Below, piece by piece: positions 58,285 through 64,000 of a stretch of DNA of 64,000 nucleotides (position 1 is the first letter of the stretch; each line of letters begins with the position of its first letter). Source of the DNA: Adineta vaga. Taxonomy: Eukaryota > Animalia > Rotifera. The notes beneath the pieces were generated by a model, which was given only the letters and a program-made list of their open reading frames with translations, was not told where the DNA came from and made no database searches. The stretch lies in the NCBI GenBank assembly GCA_021613535.1, contig CP075496.1:7874001-7938000 (forward strand), in the 5' to 3' direction. The position numbers were made by a program, and so were the translations under genes.

Positions 58285-58612
58285 TTCTATTATGTATTTT
58301 TCTTTTCGATTTTGCAAATGAATTATTTTTTTATTCTTTTCGTTCTTCGATGCTTTTACTAATATAAAAAAAAGAAACTGAAGTTGAAATTTATATTTTC
58401 TAAACAATGACATATACTAGAGATAATAATTCAAATCCGATCGTACATAAAATGAAGTGTTTATTAAATAGATCTCAATGAAAAGATGAACACCAACAAA
58501 ATGACAGAGAACAATACATTTCTGAACAGATCACTCTGTTAGTATTCAACAATTCGTTTTTCTTTTTTCACATTCTCATAAATATATATATATTACAAAA
58601 TAACAAAATACA

Positions 58613-59881
58613 TTAACTAATTTGTTGAACTTTAGGAAATGGATCTTCTTTACTTAAGACAACGGTCATATGTTTATATGATATATACGCTTTAATACGA
58701 TTTTGACTAATTAATGTTGCCAAAAGAGTTGCACATTGTAATTGATCACATGATTCACCATGATTACTCCATTCAATTGCACATTTAAACGTATCAATTG
58801 AAATTTTATTTTCTTTATTCAATAATAACCAAACTTGACGAAAAAGATTTCGTACTGTTAATAAATATAATGTTTCCACATGAAGTAATAAACCTTTGGA
58901 AAGAAAATATTTATGATGAATTATTTTTAATATTTGATCAAATGTATATAATTGTCCTTGTTTAATTGCAAGTAATAAATCATAGAATTCATTTAGTTTA
59001 TATTTCGCTATAATTGACAATAATGGCGTATAACCAAATTGCATTTTAGCTATACAGAGATGAATTAAAATTGATGCTTTATTTTTCTTCATAAATCGAG
59101 GACAACGTTGAAAAATTGGATCAAAACATTCAGTTGCTTTACGATAATCATCTTTCAATAGACAAGATTTTCCTAAAAAGTAATCATAAGTCATTTTCTG
59201 ATCTTCTAATAGATAATGTCGATATTCTAAGGATTGTTCAGCAAATGAAAGTAATTGTTCACCAAGTTCATAACGTTTAATTCGATGGCATAATTTAAGT
59301 AATTGATTTAAAATTTGTATCGCACCCCATTTTTTCGACAAACGTTGTTCTGTACATCGATCACTTGTACATACACGAAATGCTTCAGTTAATAATTCAA
59401 TTGTTTTATTCACATTTGCTTCCGATGTTTGTCGATCATTATCAATAGATAAATCTGCAATTGTATTTGTACGTCCATCATTATCATTTGTAATAAACAC
59501 AGTAAAATAGTTTGCCAATAAACGTAGTTCAGTTAAAGTTAAAATAAATATTGGAATATGCCAATTTTTATTCTTACTTTCTTTGATAAGATCAAGTAAG
59601 GCTCGACAAAGTTGATATTGATATTGTAAAATATCATTTAAACGACTTTTATATAATAATGTTTGACAAATTTTAATATGATTTGTTAAAATTCCATTCC
59701 ATCCTTGTACAACTCGACCATATCTTTCAAATAAATCACATATATTCGATGACGATAATTTTTCGACATGACTTTTATGTCGTATACTTAATAAACTACA
59801 TAACATTGAACTATTCATTGCGAATATACCTTCATTGAATTCATCCAAATATCGTTGTAAATCATTTACTAACGTTGCCAT
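58613..59881 (-). CDS. PCID2: PCI domain-containing protein 2 (CSN12/Thp1 homolog, TREX-2)
   Basis: EAFRVCTSDR...SKKWG...NQLLK, TYDYFLGK, LTVRNLF, IKAYISYKHMTVVLSKEDPFP; intronless CDS. Confidence 0.92.
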   Translation of the reverse strand: MATLVNDLQRYLDEFNEGIFAMNSSMLCSLLSIRHKSHVEKLSSSNICDLFERYGRVVQGWNGILTNHIKICQTLLYKSRLNDILQYQYQLCRALLDLIKESKNKNWHIPIFILTLTELRLLANYFTVFITNDNDGRTNTIADLSIDNDRQTSEANVNKTIELLTEAFRVCTSDRCTEQRLSKKWGAIQILNQLLKLCHRIKRYELGEQLLSFAEQSLEYRHYLLEDQKMTYDYFLGKSCLLKDDYRKATECFDPIFQRCPRFMKKNKASILIHLCIAKMQFGYTPLLSIIAKYKLNEFYDLLLAIKQGQLYTFDQILKIIHHKYFLSKGLLLHVETLYLLTVRNLFRQVWLLLNKENKISIDTFKCAIEWSNHGESCDQLQCATLLATLISQNRIKAYISYKHMTVVLSKEDPFPKVQQIS

Positions 59882-60137
59882 CTATAAAATATGGATAGAA
59901 TTGAAGGAAGATGTACGTGTTTTTTTATTGTGAAAAATATAACATTATACACAAACAAAGCACTACACTAACGAAATAATACAAAAAGAAGAAAAAAAAG
60001 GAAAAAGAATAGTCTGATATGCAACAAATCATTGGAAGAAATTCATCACAATCGAAATTGAACTGAATGAAATTACTATCTCTAAGATAATAAAAGATTG
60101 AATCATTATTTAAATAGATTTAGAAGGATAAACATAC

Positions 60138-61255
60138 TTATGAAACTGAACGATTACTAAATGAAGATGGATGATGTGTTGTTGGTAATCGACCACGACC
60201 AACACCAGTTGCCAACATATTTCGACGAATATTTTCAAATTGAGAACTATCCAGAGAAAATACTATTTTACATAACTACAAAATAAGACATACTCGAGAC
60301 TAGCATCCGTGACATTATTCAATTGATTCATTCCTCCACCGAATACATCTGAATTATAAAAGGAATAAGATGTACAAACAAATTCGTTCATTATCTTCTT
60401 ACGAGCACTAGTTCGTTTTGGTTCAAATGAAGCAACTGTATGAGAGATGTGTTTTGGTGATTCTGTTACTGGTCGTGTTGATAATACACCATCACGATCC
60501 AAATAAGATGATTGTGGACGTGATGAAGCTGCTCTGCTTGGTATCGCACTTTCAGAAGAAAAAAAAACAATTATTCAAGACGATCAACTATCAATTGAAA
60601 CAATAACTTACGGTGTTACAGAATTTGACCACATTTCATTTTGTCTAGAATAGATCAGATGAACAAAAATATACGAATAATATTTGAGAAAAAATGTCGT
60701 ACCCATTCAGTTGTCTTAATTCATCATCATTGAAAATATGTCCTGTATGTGCTTCACGATCCCAATCTTCACCATTCACAAGAGTGGCCATTTGTCGTTC
60801 AGTTTTATCCGTTGTAGTGTCTTCCCAATCTAATCAAATAGAAGAAGGAAATATTCAGTTAAAAAACGTATGGATATATGCAACTATAGAATCAATCTTA
60901 CTGAAATCTCCCATGCCTCTAGCAATAGCATCATGCACAGCTTGATTATCTGGACAAGTTGACATATGTTTAAACAGTTCATTTGGTGTCGTTAAATGTG
61001 TTGCATTGAATGAACATTTAACACGACGAATATGTGGATTAGCCTTAACAATTAGAATCAAAATCATTATTTAGTATTTTTGTTTTAGTTAAATACCTTT
61101 GCACATCGCATAATATGATATTGAAATCGTTTTGCTAACACCTTGTGATCAGGATCATATGGGCAAAGCCTAGAAATGTTTCATTTCTCAATAAGATCTT
61201 TCGTTCCAAAATATATTCCTTACCAATAATCATCGGGATCACAATAAAGAGCCAT
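60138..61255 (-). CDS. GTSF1: gametocyte-specific factor 1 / Asterix-like (two CHHC U11-48K zinc fingers), multi-exon
   Basis: LCPYDPDHKV...YHIMRC and KCSFNATH...KHMSTCPD, acidic Trp motifs (DWEDT, EDWDRE) and a C-terminal GVGRGR. Confidence 0.85.
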
Positions 61256-61344
61256 AATATTGTCTTAAACTATGTAATCTACAAGAGTAAAGTAAAATGC
61301 ATGGAAACGTTTTATTGAAATAGAAGGAAATGGAAAATATCAGA

Positions 61345-61628
61345 TCAAGAAGCCGGATTATCTGGACATTCACAAAGATGATCATAATAACTTTGAGGTT
61401 TTATTTTATGTGTACCATTGAAAAGACATTTGATTATTTTCATTTCAGGATGATGCTAAGAAGAAAGGAGCAAAGAAAAAAAGTGGGTATATTTTTCTTC
61501 AGTTATATAAGTAAACGAACTTGTGAACATCGAAGAATATGATGTTTAAAATGATTCGATATTACTTTATGTGACGAATCAAATGGACAGGAAAGATATT
61601 CTCCGTCTTCAAATGCCGATGACGACAT
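61345..61628 (-). CDS. 72-aa GTSF1-like mini-protein with only two CHHC zinc fingers (not in ORF track)
   Basis: Exon 61521-61628 MSSSAFEDGEYLSCPFDSSHKVISNHFKHHILRCSQ; 65-nt GT-AG intron; exon 61345-61455 HHPEMKIIKCLFNGTHKIKPQSYYDHLCECPDNPAS*. Confidence 0.85.
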
Positions 61629-62007
61629 GTTAGAATTAGAATAGATGAGTAAAATTACAGACAATTCGTTATGCTCTGATGCGAATACGTTATAATTATA
61701 ATATTCATTTATTCATTCGTTTTTTAATTTGATGATGAGTCATAGAAATGATTTTCATCATCACATGTTGTTTTCAATTGTCAAATATAGTTTTTCGTTA
61801 GAGTAAAACAGAAAGATTGTTTTTTTGTAGTATAATTTTGATGGAATTTTTTGAACGCCATCTGTTCTTATTCAATGGTTATGTTAAATGGACGAATCGT
61901 ATAGCATCGTGTAAGAGTGAATGATAGTAAGAAAAAGAAAGAAAGAAAGAAAACGAAGAAATTTGTCACATTAATTCTTTCTCCAGCTAATAATTTCATC
62001 AGCCACG

Positions 62008-64000
62008 ATGTACAATAAAAATTGGTCTTTAAATCAGAATACGTCGACATCTAATGGTTTGTATCATGTCCTTTCCATTTCTTAATTTGTTATTTATTTG
62101 GTTTTTCTTAGTCGATTGGAGTGCTCTGGCAGACAGTTGGATGCAACAGAGGGAACAACAAGTACATTGGCAACAAGCACCACCACCACTACCTCCTCCA
62201 CCTCCACCTCCTCAATTCTTACTTAATGCTCCACCAATTCCGCCTCCTGGTCCACCTCCAATTGGTATGTCATTTCCACCGTTACCACCATCGCAATTGG
62301 GCATCCTTCCACACCATCATCAGCACCAGCTACAGGTTGGTTCAAATACCACTCAGGAAAGTTTCACGATGACAAATATCGAAAGTAAGTCTTCACTTTA
62401 ACTCTTCAGCTATATGAAAAGAAGAGACATGAAGACCAATGATAAGCAATGATAACGAACATCTTTAGTTTCTATATTAATTTTATCATTATAATTGAGA
62501 TTAAATTTCGTATTTAGATGTGCACTGGAGACCAACACCGCCGCCTGCATTTGTAATGCCAAATGCACCTCTTCAATGGAGACCCAATACAAATCAGAGC
62601 CAACCAATTTTTCCTATACAAACAGTTCGTATAACAAAAAAGGTTTTTCTTTGTAGAAAAAGGGAAAGTTTAATTCTTTAGGAAATGGCACCCTCATTTG
62701 GCGGTCGAAACTTTTGGCCTCCAGGCAATTCTGTTCAACAAGCTCCTCCACCTCCGGTACCACCACCACCGCTACCACCTGCACCACTACATTCATCTCC
62801 GATGCCACCTCCATTCCCTACATCTTCATTTCAACATCCACCTGTTGATAAAAGAATGATGAATTCAAGTTTTAACACATCCATACCATCATTAATGGAT
62901 CTTCCTACTTCTTATGCATCCAGTCCTGTACCTCCACCCGTACCTGTTCCTCCTGTATCTATGTTATCAAGTACGTATCAATGAGAAATGAACTTTCTGA
63001 ATTGCTGCTATTTGAATGTTGATACTTTCGTAGATGAATCCACTTCGAGAACAATGCCCGATATTCCCAATAAAAGTAATAAAAACGACAAGCGACGAAA
63101 AATTCCCGCTTGGCTTCGAGATGCATTGGGACAAATGGAAAAAGAGAAAGAGAGAAAGCTGCAAAATACAAGTAATCTTAATAATAATTCAAATCTTTCT
63201 ATAAATGATACATCGTCGGTAAGTGAACTTTTTTTGTGAAAGAGTTCTTTGGATTTATTTTTATGAAATTTTCTTGAAAAAAAAGAAATTTGATGATGAC
63301 GATGATGATGATCATGACGAAGAAGAGGATGATACCAATGAAAAAATAACTCGATTAGACAAGGAATTATCGGCTGTGTTCAATGACGATGACGATGAAG
63401 AAGATCAAGATGAAGACAATGAGGATGAAGATTCAAGTTCGGCATTGATCTCTTCTACACCGATTGTCACTCGTCGAAGTCGCTTTGTGGGTTATTGTGA
63501 TTGGACATTTGAAAAAATAGAACAATGTGTTTATTATCATCTTATTTTCTTCTAACATTTCAAAGGATGATGACAGAACGACTGATCAACAGCTAAACAT
63601 AAGTGCGATTGCAAAACGAATACATTCACCCTCGCCACCATCTTCATCGACGACAACAGCCACTTTGATCGAAGACGATCCAATCGATCAAGAAGAACAA
63701 CTCGTAAGCAATATATTTTCTTTTGAATTTCTCTCACGAATGTTTATTTTAATTTTACAGATGATCAAATTACGTCGTGCTTTAACAGAATTGTTACTTG
63801 AAGTAACAAATGAAGAATTAGCATTACTTGCTAAAGAAGTTTATTTCGATTGTAAAAGTAAATGAACGATTTATCTCTGTATATGCAGTAAGGAATATGT
63901 TTTTTTTAGCGGAATCTTCGACTCCAGTTATACGAAAAGCGTCTGGATTGACAAGTTTAATTCAAAGTATGGAAAAAAAATCATCGATCTGCTTCTTTTA
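62008..64000 (+). CDS. PNISR: arginine/serine-rich protein PNISR (3' partial)
   Basis: WSLNQ...VDWSALADSW, Pro-rich region, KRRKIPAWLRDALGQMEKEK, LTELLLEVTNEEL. Confidence 0.9.

Overview
AT-rich, gene-dense eukaryotic DNA with many short (mostly 50-70 nt) GT-AG introns. The gene families (receiver-like/ART/TPR proteins, divergent F-box/LRR proteins) suggest a bdelloid rotifer such as Adineta or Rotaria; this is an inference. I can support about 27 protein-coding genes: an IRS/DOK-like PTB adaptor, a stand-alone UBL, legumain, an ARM-FN3 protein, a tectonin-propeller protein, a probable ciliary protein with an X-box, two F-box/LRR genes, two tandem ART-TPR genes, dymeclin, MFF, CstF-77, a zinc-finger Nudix, a vWA protein, TMEM267, MED26, KRI1, an orphan gene, dynein roadblock, a 2-PDZ protein, an Egalitarian-like protein, a TTC6-like protein, PCID2, two GTSF1-like genes and PNISR. 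Most notable: (1) a tandem ADP-ribosyltransferase-TPR pair, one with an intact catalytic triad and one predicted dead, both frameshifted near the ART/TPR junction; (2) a 72-aa zinc-finger-only GTSF1 paralog, missing from the ORF track, just upstream of full-length GTSF1; (3) two nested genes, TMEM267 on the same strand inside an F-box intron and an orphan antisense gene inside a KRI1 intron; (4) operon-like spacers of 90-155 bp with AATAAA followed by a splice acceptor, consistent with polycistrons resolved by SL trans-splicing; (5) an Egalitarian-like protein with an OB/cold-shock-like domain in place of the exonuclease domain. No rRNA, tRNA, CRISPR array or recognisable transposon was seen. 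Exon boundaries were read by eye and may be off by a few nt.
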